A DNA stretch of 63,048 nt, the filler included, from Octopus bimaculoides (Eukaryota): NCBI RefSeq assembly GCF_001194135.2. It is 5 parts of 4 records of this genome, joined end to end, with 100 filler letters (N's around TTAATTAATTAA, not from the genome) between each part and the next. Parts side by side here need not be neighbours in the genome. Positions count along the whole stretch, not along the records: positions 17,884 to 38,381 come from NC_068998.1; 4 more parts are not named here. The stretch is one strand, 5' to 3'. Below the pieces are notes generated by a model. The model worked only from the letters and a program-made list of their open reading frames with translations. It had not been told where the DNA came from and did not search any database. This document shows positions 23,574 to 36,535 of the stretch, piece after piece. Every line of letters begins with the position of its first letter. Position 1 is the first letter of the stretch. Position numbers and translations under genes: made by a program.

Positions 23574-24757
23574 GTAAATACTTGGTGGCTTGTTTCCTGC
23601 CAACAGTGTTGTGTTGTGTACAGGATAATTATTCAAATTTTAACTGGTGGTAAATTAATAAAGGAATGAGAAAAATTTTATTGACTGTGAAGAGATGGAA
23701 TTGGAAACTGACAACAATGGAAATTACAATTTGGAATACAGAAGGAAGCAACTAAATACTTTATGGTATTTATTTTGGTGTGTATTACAACCACTACATG
23801 ACCTTTAAAGAACTATAAAAATTGATTATTTTCATGTCATGGTTTTTGTATCAGTGTTGAATTTAACTTCTGCAGATGTAGTGAACTTAGAGGAGCTGGT
23901 TGAGACTGGTTTCATTTGTCTGTTTGTCTGTCTGTCTGTCCGTTCTTCCATCCCTTCATCCTTCCAACCATCTAGCTGCACACACACACACACATACACA
24001 CACACTTCCACTTTTTATATATATATATATATATATATATNNNNNNNNNNNNNNNNNNNNNNNNNNNNNNNNNNNNNNNNNNNNNNNNNNNNNNNNNNNN
24101 NNNNNNNNNNNNNNNNNNNNNNNNNNNNNNNNNNNNNNNNNNNNNNNNNNNNNNNNNNNNNNNNNNNNNNNNNNNNNNNNNNNNNNNNNNNNNNNNNNNN
24201 NNNNNNNNNNNNNNNNNNNNNNNNNNNNNNNNNNNNNNNNNNNNNNNNNNNNNNNNNNNNNNNNNNNNNNNNNNNNNNNNNNNNNNNNNNNNNNNNNNNN
24301 NNNNNNNNNNNNNNNNNNNNNNNNNNNNNNNNNNNNNNNNNNNNNNNNNNNNNNNNNNNNNNNNNNNNNNNNNNNNNNNNNNNNNNNNNNNNNNNNNNNN
24401 NNNNNNNNNNNNNNNNNNNNNNNNNNNNNNNNNNNNNNNNNNNNNNNNNNNNNNNNNNNNNNNNNNNNNNNNNNNNNNNNNNNNNNNNNNNNNNNNNNNN
24501 NNNNNNNNNNNNNNNNNNNNNNNNNNNNNNNNNNNNNNNNNNNNNNNNNNNNNNNNNNNNNNNNNNNNNNNNNNNNNNNNNNNNNNNNNNNNNNNNNNNN
24601 NNNNNNNNNNNNNNNNNNNNNNNNNNNNNNNNNNNNNNNNNNNNNNNNNNNNNNNNNNNNNNNNNNNNNNNNNNNNNNNNNNNNNNNNNNNNNNNNNNNN
24701 NNNNNNNNNNNNNNNNNNNNNNNNNNNNNNNNNNNNATATATATATATATATATACA

Positions 24758-24913
24758 AAAAGCTTCTTTCAGTTTCCATCTACCAAATCTACTCACAAGG
24801 CTTTGGTCGGCCCAAGGCTATGGCAGAAGACACTTGCCCAAAGTGCTATTCAGTGGAACTGAACCCAGAACCATGTGGTTGGGAAGCAAGCTTCATACCA
24901 CACAGTCATGCCT
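24758..24913 (-). mobile_element. SINE family B, 5' half
   Basis: agcttctttcagtttccatctaccaaatctactcacaaggc...gaacccagaaccatgtggttggg. Confidence 0.8.
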
Positions 24914-25509
24914 TTACATCCACTTTCCATGCTGGCAATGGTTGGACAGGTTGTCATGGTCTGAGTCATTACCTATTGGTAACTGTTGCTTCTACAGATT
25001 GATACATGAATGTGTCATTTTACAGCTGGTTGCTCTTCTTATTGCCAGTCCTTTTGCAAGCTGTACTGGATGCATTTTTATTTGTATCAACACTAGACAG
25101 GCTGGATAATGAAACCTCACAACTCTATGCACTGTCTGCTCAGTTTACCAACCACTTTTCAGAGAAAATTGAGTATATTTTGTAGTACCAGCACCAGAGA
25201 CATTGTTTCACTCATCCTTTGCTTTGAGGGATCAAGAGTTGTTGTCCAGAGGAGGTGTAGTGTTTTGTAGATAGGACAATATAGATAGTATTAAGACTTC
25301 AGGCATATAGACTGAGGAGGGGGAATAGTGGGGAGCAATGCCAGCAGAAATGTTGGACGTGGGTAAGGGGAGAAAAGAAGTGCTGAGAATACACATTAAC
25401 CTAGGGTGAGGATTATAAGAGAGTGAGAGAGCGTTGATGTCCTTAGGGCTTGAAAGACTGAGTGGAAGAAAGAAAGGGACAGAAGTGTGATCTAAGGTCA
25501 TTTTGTTGA

Positions 25510-25700
25510 CAATACAAAGGTCCTATATTTTTTCCTGCTTATGAACACATTATGAACACACTTTAAGGCCTCTTGATTTTAGTTTTCGTTTCCATGCCTG
25601 GAATTTCTTGTCTAATTCTTGTACAAATTTAGCAATAAGGACTAGATCATTTATGCATAGGAGTACCTATAACCAGTCTTGAGCTTCTGTGTAATGGCTT
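25510..25700 (-). mobile_element. RTE-clade LINE reverse-transcriptase fragment
   Basis: The minus strand reads LL(C)INDLVLIAKFVQELDKKFQAWKRKLKSRGLKV, a decayed form of the RTE motif LLYADDLVLIAES..EL..KF..WK..LE..GL.VN. Confidence 0.6.
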
Positions 25701-26088
25701 GTATCACTGATAAATGGGATTGGGCTACGGATATAGTAGTCACAGAATCACACTCTCAGACAATGATGTAGGATTAGATTTCAGAAGATAAGTCCTAACT
25801 AATAAAGATTTCTGCTGTGACTCACAAGAGCAACATAAATTTTAAGAGTTTGTGGTAATAGTTTCAAAAGATATGCAATTTACAGTTATCAAAACAGAAT
25901 TAAAAAATAATTTTCAATCATCTCACACTAACCTTTTTCATAAAAACAACTATTGTATATTTGTGATCATGTGTGACCTCAAATATTTCCCCATAATTTG
26001 CCTTGTTCCTGACCGTTGGTAGTAACTTCTGTAATCCAGAGATAAATTTTCAGTTATTTAGCTGTCTCTGCCACAAATAAATGCTTCA

Positions 26089-26297
26089 CTCTTACTCTCT
26101 TTTACTTGTTTCAGTCATTTGACTGCAGCCATGCTGGAGTACCACCCTTAGTCGAACAAATCGACCCCAGGACTTATTCTTTGGAAGCCTAGTACTTATT
26201 CTATCGGTCTCTTTTGCTGAACCGCTAACTTAAGGGACATAAATACACCACCATCGGTTGTCAAGCGATGCTGGGTGGACAAACACAGACACACAAA

Positions 26298-26389
<92 letters not shown>

Positions 26390-26553
26390 TACAACGGGCT
26401 TCTTTTAGTTTCCGTCTACCAAATCCACTCACAAGGCTTTGGTTGGCCTGAGGCTATAGTAGGAGACACTTGCCCAAAGTGCCATGCAGTAGGAATGAAC
26501 CTGGAACCATGTGGTTAGTAAGCAAGCTACTTACCACACAGCCACTCCTGTGC
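26089..26553 (-). mobile_element. SINE family B, full length
   Basis: Minus strand: gcacaggagtggctgtgtggtaagtagc...ccaggttcattcc...internal (TA)n(TG)n...gactgaaacaagtaaaagagagtaagag tail. Confidence 0.9.
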
Positions 26554-27610
26554 TTTGTGTATCATTCAGCAAAATTATGTATTGTTTTCACCTTTGTGTA
26601 ATTATAACTCTTGGCTTGGATATTAAAATGCAAAGATCTAACAACAAACTACATCTGAAATGTCAATTTAGTGTATATCATTTCTGAAATAATAGCTGTC
26701 ACAATAAAGTGTTTACCCAATCATTAGTTTTATGCCATGGCTGTTTAATCTAATTTTGGTTGACTTGTAAACAGCTAGAATTAATCTAAAAATATACTAA
26801 ACTTCATATCATTTCTAATCTCATGTTCTGAAATCAAATTGTTAAGTTAACAGAATTGGTACTGCATCACACAAAATGCTTTGTTGTATTTAACTATTGC
26901 ACTTTCAGCATGTGTTTATGTTGAGCTGAGGTCACCGTTGCCTTTCTTTCAAGGTTCATAAGATAAAGTACCAGTCAGGTACTAACATTGATATAACTGA
27001 CAAACTTCTCCCCTTAAAATAGCAGGCCTTGTGCCTGTTAGAAACAATTATTATTGTTATTATGCTTTTAACAATTTCATCCAAGTTTATTCTCCACCTC
27101 TACCTCAGTGCATCTGATAATAAAAAAGATAATACTCTGCATGTAGTACTATCTTTTGTGAGTATGGGGTGATGTTACATCAGAAATAATATGTTCCTAA
27201 AGTTATCTAAATGCTTCACCTATTTGCTATGTAGAATATAGATGATGATGACGACGACGACCCACCGTCGTTGTCGTCGTCGCCGTCATCATCATCATCA
27301 TTTCATGTCTGTTTTGCATGCTGGCATGGATGGGTTGGTTTGACAGGACCCAACAAGTTGAAGGACCATTTTTTGCTCCAATGTCTCATTTTTGACATGA
27401 TTTCAGTGGCTGTATAGAAACACCACCCACTCCCTTTCAAACACCAACCACTTACAGATGCATTTTCGTATGGAATCGGCCCTATTTGGATTGCTTTGAA
27501 GCTTGCAAACTGAAAAGAACTTCCTTGACAGATGGAACAGATTCAACAATGGAATCACTCCTCAGGTAAAGAACAAAGATGAACTAAGATTCATCATTGC
27601 TTGAAAGATA

Positions 27611-27773
27611 GGTGCAGGAGTGGCCGTGTGATAAGTAGCTTGCTTACCAACCACATGGTTCCAGGTTCAATCCCACTATGTGGCACCTTGGGCAAGTGTC
27701 TTTTATTATAACCTCAAGCTAACCAAAGCCTTGTGAGTGGATTTGGTAGATGGAAACTGAAAGAAGCCCGTCG

Positions 27774-27806
<33 letters not shown>

Positions 27807-28037
27807 GCGTGTATTTGTTTGTGTGTCTATGTTTGCCCCCACCCCCACTATAGCTTGACAACCAATGCTGGTGTGTTTACGTCACCATAACTTAGGAGTT
27901 TGGCAAAAGATACTGATGGAATAAGTATTAAGCTTACAAACAATAAGTCCTGGGGATGATTTGTTTGACTGAAGGTGGTGCTCCAGCATGGCTGCAGTCA
28001 AAATGACTGAAACAAATAAAGGAATAAAAGAATAAAA
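27611..28037 (+). mobile_element. SINE family B, full length
   Basis: ggtgcaggagtggccgtgtgataag...ccaggttcaatcccact (B box GTTCAATCC)...aaggtggtgctccagcatggctgcagtc...gaataaaagaataaaag. Confidence 0.9.
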
Positions 28038-28256
28038 GAAAGCAATTAATAGAAAAAAAATACATAACCCTCCTGCCACAGATTTTTCAAAAAGTTAAAA
28101 TAATACAAAAACAGATATGTTTAGAATACAGACAAGTGTAGACATGGTTTTGGGTCCAATCCCTTTGCATGGGACCTTGGTCAAGAGCCTTCTCTATAGT
28201 CTTGGTAGTCTGGAAACTCAAAGAAGCCCGCTGTATATATATACATATATACACGT

Positions 28257-28306
<50 letters not shown>

Positions 28307-28699
28307 GTGTATGCATATGTCCTTGTAACCTAGCAGTTTGGCAAATGGAAACCAATAGAATAAGTATCAGACATTAAAAAAAGTACCAGGGTTGATTCAT
28401 TTGAGTCCACCTTTCAAGGCAGTACCCTACTCAGTCAAAGAGGATCTTAATCAAGCAAACTGCACAGCAACCCCATTAGTACTGTTGCCACATAAGAATC
28501 ATTTAGTGCATGCTGTAAGGTTGTTGGCATTAGAAAGAGCATCAAACCATAGAAACAATGTCAAAGCTGACATTGGAACCCACTTGATTCTGTAAAAACT
28601 TTTACCTGTACCAGTACGGCGCATTGACATTGAATGATGATGATGGTGATGATGTTAATGATATGAATATTCTGAGGTTTTCTGTTAATGAAGATGTAT

Positions 28700-30040
28700 T
28701 AGCATAAAAGGAAAAGTACTATAACCATGTATTATCTGAAGCTTGGTATAAGGACAAATTTACTATATCCAGAACCAAAGTACTAATATAATTCCCAGTA
28801 TTGCTATGATATTAAATATGATGGGACTTGACAGAATGCGATGAATATAAATACATCAAACAAACTTATTTAAGTATGCTAAGTAACAGCATGTATAAAA
28901 ATACAAAAACGATTGGTAAAAATTAGAGTCTTGAAAATAAATATATTAATACTTATAAGCACGGACGTAATTATGAAGATACTAAATGTATGTTTGTTTT
29001 AAGCAACAACAATTGTAGTAATACATATGAATAATGCTAAGCATAAGAATTATTTATGAATGGAGAACAACTAACTTTGGAATTAATAATTATAAACATG
29101 TAGATAATTTTAACATTATGGAAAAAGACAATGTAAATAATAGAAAGGTTAAACTGAGGAATATTATCAGGTATAATGCACCATTCACATCTTAAATAAC
29201 TACTAATATTCCTCAAAAATTCTTTGCTGCACTTGATAAACATTTCCCACCTTCAAATAAGTACAGGAAATTATTTAATTGTCATAGAGTAAAATTTTCC
29301 TATTCAACCACCAGAAATTTGACTGAGAATATTGCAGCACATAACGAATGAAAAGATTAGACAGTATCACAACTCTAAATTAGAAAACATGAGTAGAACT
29401 GATAGTATAAATTGTGAGAGATAAACTCTAATGATAGTTTTCCTGAGCTAGTTTTTGATACTTTAGGTGACAGTAATTCCAACTGTGTAATTGATAGTAC
29501 CTTTAAGATAACACTTAGTAATAATGTTGATTATAATACTGCTTATTATCTGAGTTTAACACCTAATTCTGAAAGTAGAGTTAGTACTAATTCTTTTAAT
29601 CAGGAGCACTACAAAAAAGTAAATAAACGCCTTTGTAATTTCAAAACCAAAATGACCTGCCCTTTAGAAAATCAATGTTCAATGAAGAATATGATATATC
29701 AATGTTAGGTAATTTCAGAGAGCCACAATATTATTACATGGGTTCTCTGCTACAATTTGGAAATCTAGTTACATAGCCTTTTTTCTTCATTTAGGTTTAG
29801 AAAAAATGTAATTTTATGAATCTTAGTAAATTCATTTGGGATTTGAAAGAATGACAGGAACATTAACTATGATATAAAGTGGTCCATTATTAATTAAGTT
29901 CCATCATACAACACTGGTAATTTTGAATGTGATCTTTGCCTTGAGGAAATGTATATAATTACTTCAACATTAGAATTATTGAATTGTAGATACAATCTTA
30001 CATTAAAACGTTCCCATAAACATAGAAAAAACATTTAAAT
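28700..30040 (+). mobile_element. Penelope-like element 3' remnant (RT C-terminus/linker plus GIY-YIG), highly decayed
   Basis: LRNIIRYNAPF..TTNIPQKFFAALDKHFPPSNKYRKLFNCHRVKFSYSTTRNL..NIAAHN (29150-29345); RLCNFKTKMTCPLENQC..KNMIYQC (29625-29705); LSKFIWDLKE..INYDIKWSII..CDLCLEE (29820-29950). These match the PLE motifs WFNPPY/DKHFP, CNC..CPL..C and C.LC..EK. Confidence 0.82.
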
Positions 30041-30648
30041 ATTTCAATAGTAAATAATGTCTTGATTATAATTGCTTTTTCTATAATCTAATAAGCATAA
30101 TTTTTTAACATATACTAATACTTAAATAACTAAATGTAAGATACAATTTCTAAATTTATTTTTTATTCTTTTGTTATCTACTAACAGCACCATAAGTTTG
30201 AATGCTAAACTAGTTTTTCTTAGAATATTATATCTTCTTTTATATGCATTCTTGTATTAAATATATTACCTCAATTCAGTTTGAATTTAGCCCATTTGAG
30301 TTACCTTGATAACATTGTCTAATATAAATTTTCAGATATATTGATTTGTATCTTTTTTTATATCCAAATATGCTGGTGCAATAGAAACAACCGTCAGTTA
30401 TATAGAGTGTAATCATCAATTAAAGATGTGATTTTCTCCTTTCTTGTTCATGTTGCCAATTACTGTGGATTTCTTGAAATTCTTCTAAACGGTATTTAGA
30501 TCTACTAGTCATGCATGAGGAAATACCCTTGATGTTAATTCTATTTGAATTTATTGCATCTGAGTGTTGAATATTGTTAACCAAGTTCACTTTACCCTGA
30601 GTGTATTCTAGATATCTGCCTGGATTTATTAATCCCTTTTACCTTTTG

Positions 30649-30685
<37 letters not shown>

Positions 30686-30687
<2 letters not shown>

Positions 30688-31933
30688 GGGTGTCCCCAAA
30701 AAATGTATACAGACTTTAAATAATTGTAAAGTAGGTGTTTATTAAAATACATTTTATTTTCAAAATTTAATAGAATCTACTGACATTATTTTATTGTTTT
30801 GTCAATGCCTGTTTTCAAACTGACGTCCGTTCTTATCCAGGCACTGCTGACAACATGAGTAATGGAATCGCAAACGTCATGAAACAATTCATTTGATATT
30901 TGTGTGCATTCTCATTCAATGGCTGCTCTCAAATCAGTGACTGTTGCAGGTTTCATAGTGTAGACTTTGTCTTTTAGGTATCCCATTAGAAAAAGTCTAG
31001 TAGTATGAGGTCTGGTGAATGTGGAGGGTACTCAATGAAACTTCTTCGTCCAATCCACCTGTTTGGCAAGATCTCATCAACGAAGGACCTAACATCATGA
31101 TGGTAGTGTGGGGGTGCCCATCTTGCTGAAAATAAAACTCCTCATCTTCAAAGTCTTCTCTAATGATTGGCATGACACTGTTACAGCAAGTTCAAGTAAA
31201 CAGAACCAGTCACAGTAGTGTAAAAAAAAGAATGGTCCAATAAATCCTCTTGATGACAAACCACACCACACTGTAACTCCTGGTAAATTAACATAGTGTT
31301 CCACCATAACATGCGGATTCTCAAGTCCCCAGTAGGTGCAATTGTGGCGGTTAATTGAACCATTTAATTTGGATGTGGCCTCATCACTCCACAGTCTTTG
31401 TTGGAAAGTGTGCATCTTCTACACATCGTGCCAAGTACAACTTGCAATACTGCACTCTTGTGTCTGGATCATCATCATTAAGAGCATGAACTAATCTTGG
31501 ACTGTAACTTTTCCATTGACAATGCTTCAAAATGCATTGGATAGACGGTTTTGAAATACCTACCTCATGACTCGCTTGCTGCACAAATTTTCCTAGACGT
31601 TGGTGATACATTTCCAGCGCACCTTCTTGCTTTGCGGGGGTTGTCAATGTCCGTGGTCTTCCAAATCACTTGTCGTGGACATTCTGAACATTTCCATTGA
31701 CTTCAAACTTATCTCTAATTAAACAGGTGGACCTGTTTGAAACTCCCTTCTAAATTGTCTTTGCTCTTCAACAGCGTTTTCACACTTCCAGTGGCATTTT
31801 AGAATGAATTCCTTTGTTCAAAGCTTAGTCTGACTGCCATCATTAATTCCATTGGCTTTAATATGGAAAGAAAAAAACATTAATTGAGTTATCAGCTGCT
31901 AAAGTGTGTATACATTTGGTGGTGGGGGGCACC

Positions 31934-31935
<2 letters not shown>
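30686..31935 (-). mobile_element. Near full-length defective rosa-type (DD41D) Tc1/mariner transposon
   Basis: TIRs cagggtgtccccaaaaaatgtatacagacttta / aaagtgtgtatacatttgg..gcaccctg. Minus-strand transposase [27 protein letters not shown]...[16 protein letters not shown]...FQQDG(A)PPHY...RWIGRR...YPPHSPDLILLDFF. After restoring one deleted G there are 41 residues between the second and third D. Confidence 0.9.
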
Positions 31936-31982
<47 letters not shown>

Positions 31983-32419
31983 TAAATTATAGGGTGGCAA
32001 AGAAAATTTTAGAAATTTTATTTACCACCAGTGCTCTAGCGAGAGTAANNNNNNNNNNNNNNNNNNNNNNNNNNNNNNNNNNNNNNNNNNNNNNNNNNNN
32101 NNNNNNNNNNNNNNNNNNNNNNNNNNNNNNNNNNNNNNNNNNNNNNNNNNNNNNNNNNNNNNNNNNNNNNNNNNNNNNNNNNNNNNNNNNNNNNNNNNNN
32201 NNNNNNNNNNNNNNNNNNNNNNNNNNNNNNNNNNNNNNNNNNNNNNNNNNNNNNNNNNNNNNNNNNNNNNNNNNNNNNNNNNNNNNNNNNNNNNNNNNNN
32301 NNNNNNNNNNNNNNNNNNNNNNNNNNNNNNNNNNNNNNNNNNNNNNNNNNNNNNNNNNNNNNNNNNNNNNNNNNNNNNNNNNATATATATATATATATAT
32401 ATAGTATCTCACAGAAGAA

Positions 32420-33326
32420 TGTACACCCCTAAAAAATTTCAGTAAAATTGTCATTACTCTGATAATATCGAATGAAATCAGACAAAATTTATACTGAATA
32501 AAATATATTATAGATGCAAACATTATACAAATTTGGAACACAAGCAATAAACATTTTCAAGATATGAATGAAATATTAATTTTCAAATTTTACAAAAATA
32601 TGTACACCCTAAAGGAAATTTGCTATATTCAATATTTTGTCCACATTGTTTTTACTAAATTCAGACATTGCTAGTAATTTCAGTTCTAATAAATTATTTC
32701 TCCTGGCATTTTTGCACCAGTCACTGCTATTGCATCTGTAGGAATTCTGATTTGTGTACTGTGGTGAAAATTTTCTTCATTGTGATTAAAATGGCACCAA
32801 AAGAAAAAGAATTGTCAGAAGATTTGAAGAAAATTATTTTTAATTTTCACAAGAATGGTTTAGGATACGAATGCATATTAGCGTAAACACATTTGCCTAA
32901 GTAATTCAGAAGTACAAAGCTACTGGATGGCTAAGCAATAAACATCGTCCAGGTCGTTCTTCTGTTTAACTGCATGTGATATTCACCACATCCAACGTTG
33001 TGTGATGGACAACAGGCGTTGAACCACTTTATCTTTGACCCAAGAAGTGTCTTCTGTTAGTGGAAAGAGTGTATTTGCCCAAACAGTTTGCCAAAGTTTG
33101 AACCAGTGTGGTCTTCATGGACGCATTCCTTGTAGGAAGCCTCTCCCCAGTATCAAGCATCAATCAAGTCGTCTTTCTTTTGCAATATGTCACAATATTG
33201 TTTGAAGATTAATATTTCATTCTCATCTTTGAAAATGTTTCTTGTTCTGTGTTCCAAATTTGTATGTTTGCATGTATATTATATTTTATTCAGTGTAAAT
33301 TTTGTTTGCTTTCCTTCAATATTATC
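32420..33326 (+). mobile_element. Internally deleted IR-DR type Tc1 element
   Basis: Long TIR (32455-32590 versus ~33200-33326 reverse complement) with the direct repeat tgtacaccc(c)taaa at ~32421 and ~32601. The N-terminal transposase reads MAPKEKELSEDLKKII...RPGR...GLHGRIPCRKPLPSIKHQSSRLSFA and then jumps to the right TIR (DDE domain deleted). The right end runs into an N gap. Confidence 0.85.
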
Positions 33327-33354
33327 NNNNNNNNNNTATATATATATATATATA

Positions 33355-34020
33355 TGATGGCTGCCCACTCATGACCGAGGAAACCATTGGTGACCTTCAG
33401 GAACATTGTGCGCTCTAGGACTAACTTATATTTTGTATTTGCGACTCCATTGGTAGCTAATGAGCCCTACTCTTGACAAGCATGTCAGGTCACTTATGAG
33501 GCTCTCATAAGTGCTACTGGTAACATGCAATCCAGTACAACCTGTTGCATGGTCGGGTTGCCAGCGACTAAACTGGCACCCCCAACAGGCTATCCTGGTG
33601 AGGAGGGTTGCTAGAAACCCAGCAGGATTAAAAACAAGACCTGTTGAAAGGTTGGATGAACCTAGTGCAGGTTCAACAGCTATCTAGCAATAGCACAGGT
33701 ACGCAGAAATTGCGGGATGGTGTCCGGCGTGCTGAAAGACCACTGGGAGTGAGGCACCTCAGCTTTTGTTGAAGCATGTCTCTAGGAGAAGGTCACACTG
33801 ATATAAAACCAGATATGCAGGGAATGGCATTGGACATTTTGGGGATCTTTGGTTTGTGCTAGAGATTATGGTGCTCCCACATACATGAGCCTGCGACTCA
33901 TATTGGCACCAGACATCTTGCTCTGGCTTGTCTCTGGATAATGTCAATAAAGTGGAGAGTTTCTATGAGGTTTTGTGCAAGCCTTATTGAACCTAAAACT
34001 CTGCACACGCATTGCCGACC
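33355..34020 (+). mobile_element. GC-richer TE remnant resembling an RTE LINE 5' region
   Basis: Contains ctctaggagaaggtcacactgatataaaacc, similar to the ggagaagg..actctga..aaacc motif recalled from RTE 5' UTRs. No clean ORF. Confidence 0.35.
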
Positions 34021-34299
34021 TCTGCTTAATATGTGTATTTTTTCCCCCCCTATATATATTTATCTTATTTTTAGTACATATTTTCTTCCTTTTTAGTACA
34101 TATTTTCTTCCTTTTTAGTATATGTTTATATATTTTTAGTATATATTTATTTATTTTTTTATTCGGAAGTCCTGCAGTGATGGGAAGCTGGTGAAGCATG
34201 CAGACCTGACGGGTTGGAAGCATGTAGTCAGCAACTTGCACGTAGGTGGCCCATGCTAGATATGAAGTCATCTCCTTGTTACCCAAGGCAGCCGTAGAT

Positions 34300-34510
34300 T
34301 GAAAAGAAACCAAACTCCATCTTCTATCAGCTTGCTGTAGACTACCACAAGGGCTCCTTAGGGAGACTTAAATTAAACATCTTATCCACACATCCCAGTG
34401 ATGCAATGCTGAAACAAGTCACTGAAGCTGTCTGTATACAAGAATACAAACCCTCTCTCAACCGTAAATCCGAATGGGGTAACATCCAGATTCCACTCAG
34501 GAGTACCCCT
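34300..34510 (+). mobile_element. Probable Penelope-like GIY-YIG C-terminal fragment
   Basis: Open reading IEKKPNSIFYQLAVDYHKGSLGRLKLNILSTHPSDAMLKQVTEAVCIQEYKPSLNRKSEWGN, fitting the H..H.G...RQ..EA..I...P.LN.K.EW ending of such elements. Confidence 0.5.
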
Positions 34511-34848
34511 CTATAGCCACCCCTCTCTCTCTCTTTTACATGTGAAAATCCATGCATACATGTTGAGATGCATGATACTAAAATACATATATGTAGTTAT
34601 ATATGACCGTATGAGCGTACATAGTTTGATACATATGTACGTATGCATAGATGTATGTGTGTGTGTACGTGTGTGTATGTGTTGTGTGTTGTGTGAGTAT
34701 GTTAGTGTATGAGTATATTCATGCATGCATGTATGAGTGTGTGTAGATATATGTATGTATTGTATATGTGTGTAAAAAGAAGAATAGAAATTTTAAAAAT
34801 TAAAAATAAAGCAAATTTGAATTTTAACCGTTGTCCTTGAAAATAGAG

Positions 34849-34885
<37 letters not shown>

Positions 34886-36491
34886 NNNNNNNNNNNNNNN
34901 NNNNNNNNNNNNNNNNNNNNNNNNNNNNNNNNNNNNNNNNNNNNNNNNNNNNNNNNNNNNNNNNNNNNNNNNNNNNNNNNNNNNNNNNNNNNNNNNNNNN
35001 NNNNNNNNNNNNNNNNNNNNNNNNNNNNNNNNNNNNNNNNNNNNNNNNNNNNNNNNNNNNNNNNNNNNNNNNNNNNNNNNNNNNNNNNNNNNNNNNNNNN
35101 NNNNNNNNNNNNNNNNNNNNNNNNNNNNNNNNNNNNNNNNNNNNNNNNNNNNNNNNNNNNNNNNNNNNNNNNNNNNNNNNNNNNNNNNNNNNNNNNNNNN
35201 NNNNNNNNNNNNNNNNNNNNNNNNNNNNNNNNNNNNNNNNNNNNNNNNNNNNNNNNNNNNNNNNNNNNNNNNNNNNNNNNNNNNNNNNNNNNNNNNNNNN
35301 NNNNNNNNNNNNNNNNNNNNNNNNNNNNNNNNNNNNNNNNNNNNNNNNNNNNNNNNNNNNNNNNNNNNNNNNNNNNNNNNNNNNNNNNNNNNNNNNNNNN
35401 NNNNNNNNNNNNNNNNNNNNNNNNNNNNNNNNNNNNNNNNNNNNNNNNNNNNNNNNNNNNNNNNNNNNNNNNNNNNNNNNNNNNNNNNNNNNNNNNNNNN
35501 NNNNNNNNNNNNNNNNNNNNNNNNNNNNNNNNNNNNNNNNNNNNNNNNNNNNNNNNNNNNNNNNNNNNNNNNNNNNNNNNNNNNNNNNNNNNNNNNNNNN
35601 NNNNNNNNNNNNNNNNNNNNNNNNNNNNNNNNNNNNNNNNNNNNNNNNNNNNNNNNNNNNNNNNNNNNNNNNNNNNNNNNNNNNNNNNNNNNNNNNNNNN
35701 NNNNNNNNNNNNNNNNNNNNNNNNNNNNNNNNNNNNNNNNNNNNNNNNNNNNNNNNNNNNNNNNNNNNNNNNNNNNNNNNNNNNNNNNNNNNNNNNNNNN
35801 NNNNNNNNNNNNNNNNNNNNNNNNNNNNNATGTCTACACACTTATCTAAATACTCACATACATACATAAGTACATATGTACATACATGCATGCATACATA
35901 CATACATACATACATACATACATACATACATACATACATGCGTATAGGCGTGCACACATGCATACGCACATACATGTACACATACATACATACATACATA
36001 CATACATACATACACACATACATACGTACATATATATCATGAACTAACTGTTACTTTCTCAGATGCAGCATGGGATTTTGTCAGTGAACATCTTGCAGTC
36101 TCAAAGCGATGAAAATATTTTGACAAATTAAATCTAAATGTTGAAATGAATCTAATGGTTTTTGTGTGTTTCTTAAATGGCTTATAAACACCTTCCATGC
36201 TGCAATTGTTTTCGTTCCAGCACATGATCTCAGATCAGGTCATTTACTATGCAAGTACATCTCTGTAATATATAGTTCAGATTTATAGAAAAACGAAGAT
36301 GAAGACAGGTGTAGGAACAACGAGCAAATGTATTAGTTTGACGCTTTGGATAAATGTAAAAGTCTTTTACATTTCATACACAACAGGCTTTTTTCAGTTT
36401 CACTCTACTAAATCCACTCACAAGGGGTTGGTTGGCCCAAGGCTATAGTAGAAGACACTTACCCAAGGTGTCACATAATATATATACACAA

Positions 36492-36535
36492 AACAAATGA
36501 GAGAAACAGAAAATTTTCTGTTTCTCTCATTTGTT
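36492..36535. repeat. Perfect 44-bp spacerless palindrome
   Basis: aacaaatgagagaaacagaaaa|ttttctgtttctctcatttgtt, checked base by base; centre between 36513 and 36514. Confidence 0.95.

Noticed and set aside
27457-27565. Apparent plus-strand exon cttacag|...ctcag|gtaaag
   Set aside because: The acceptor is part of a reversed family C repeat, two frames are closed, and the third shows no recognisable protein.
30370-30400. GAAACaaccGTC downstream of the 28.7-30 kb PLE as a hammerhead
   Set aside because: The position fits a PLE terminal repeat, but no CUGANGA core remains. Too decayed to support.
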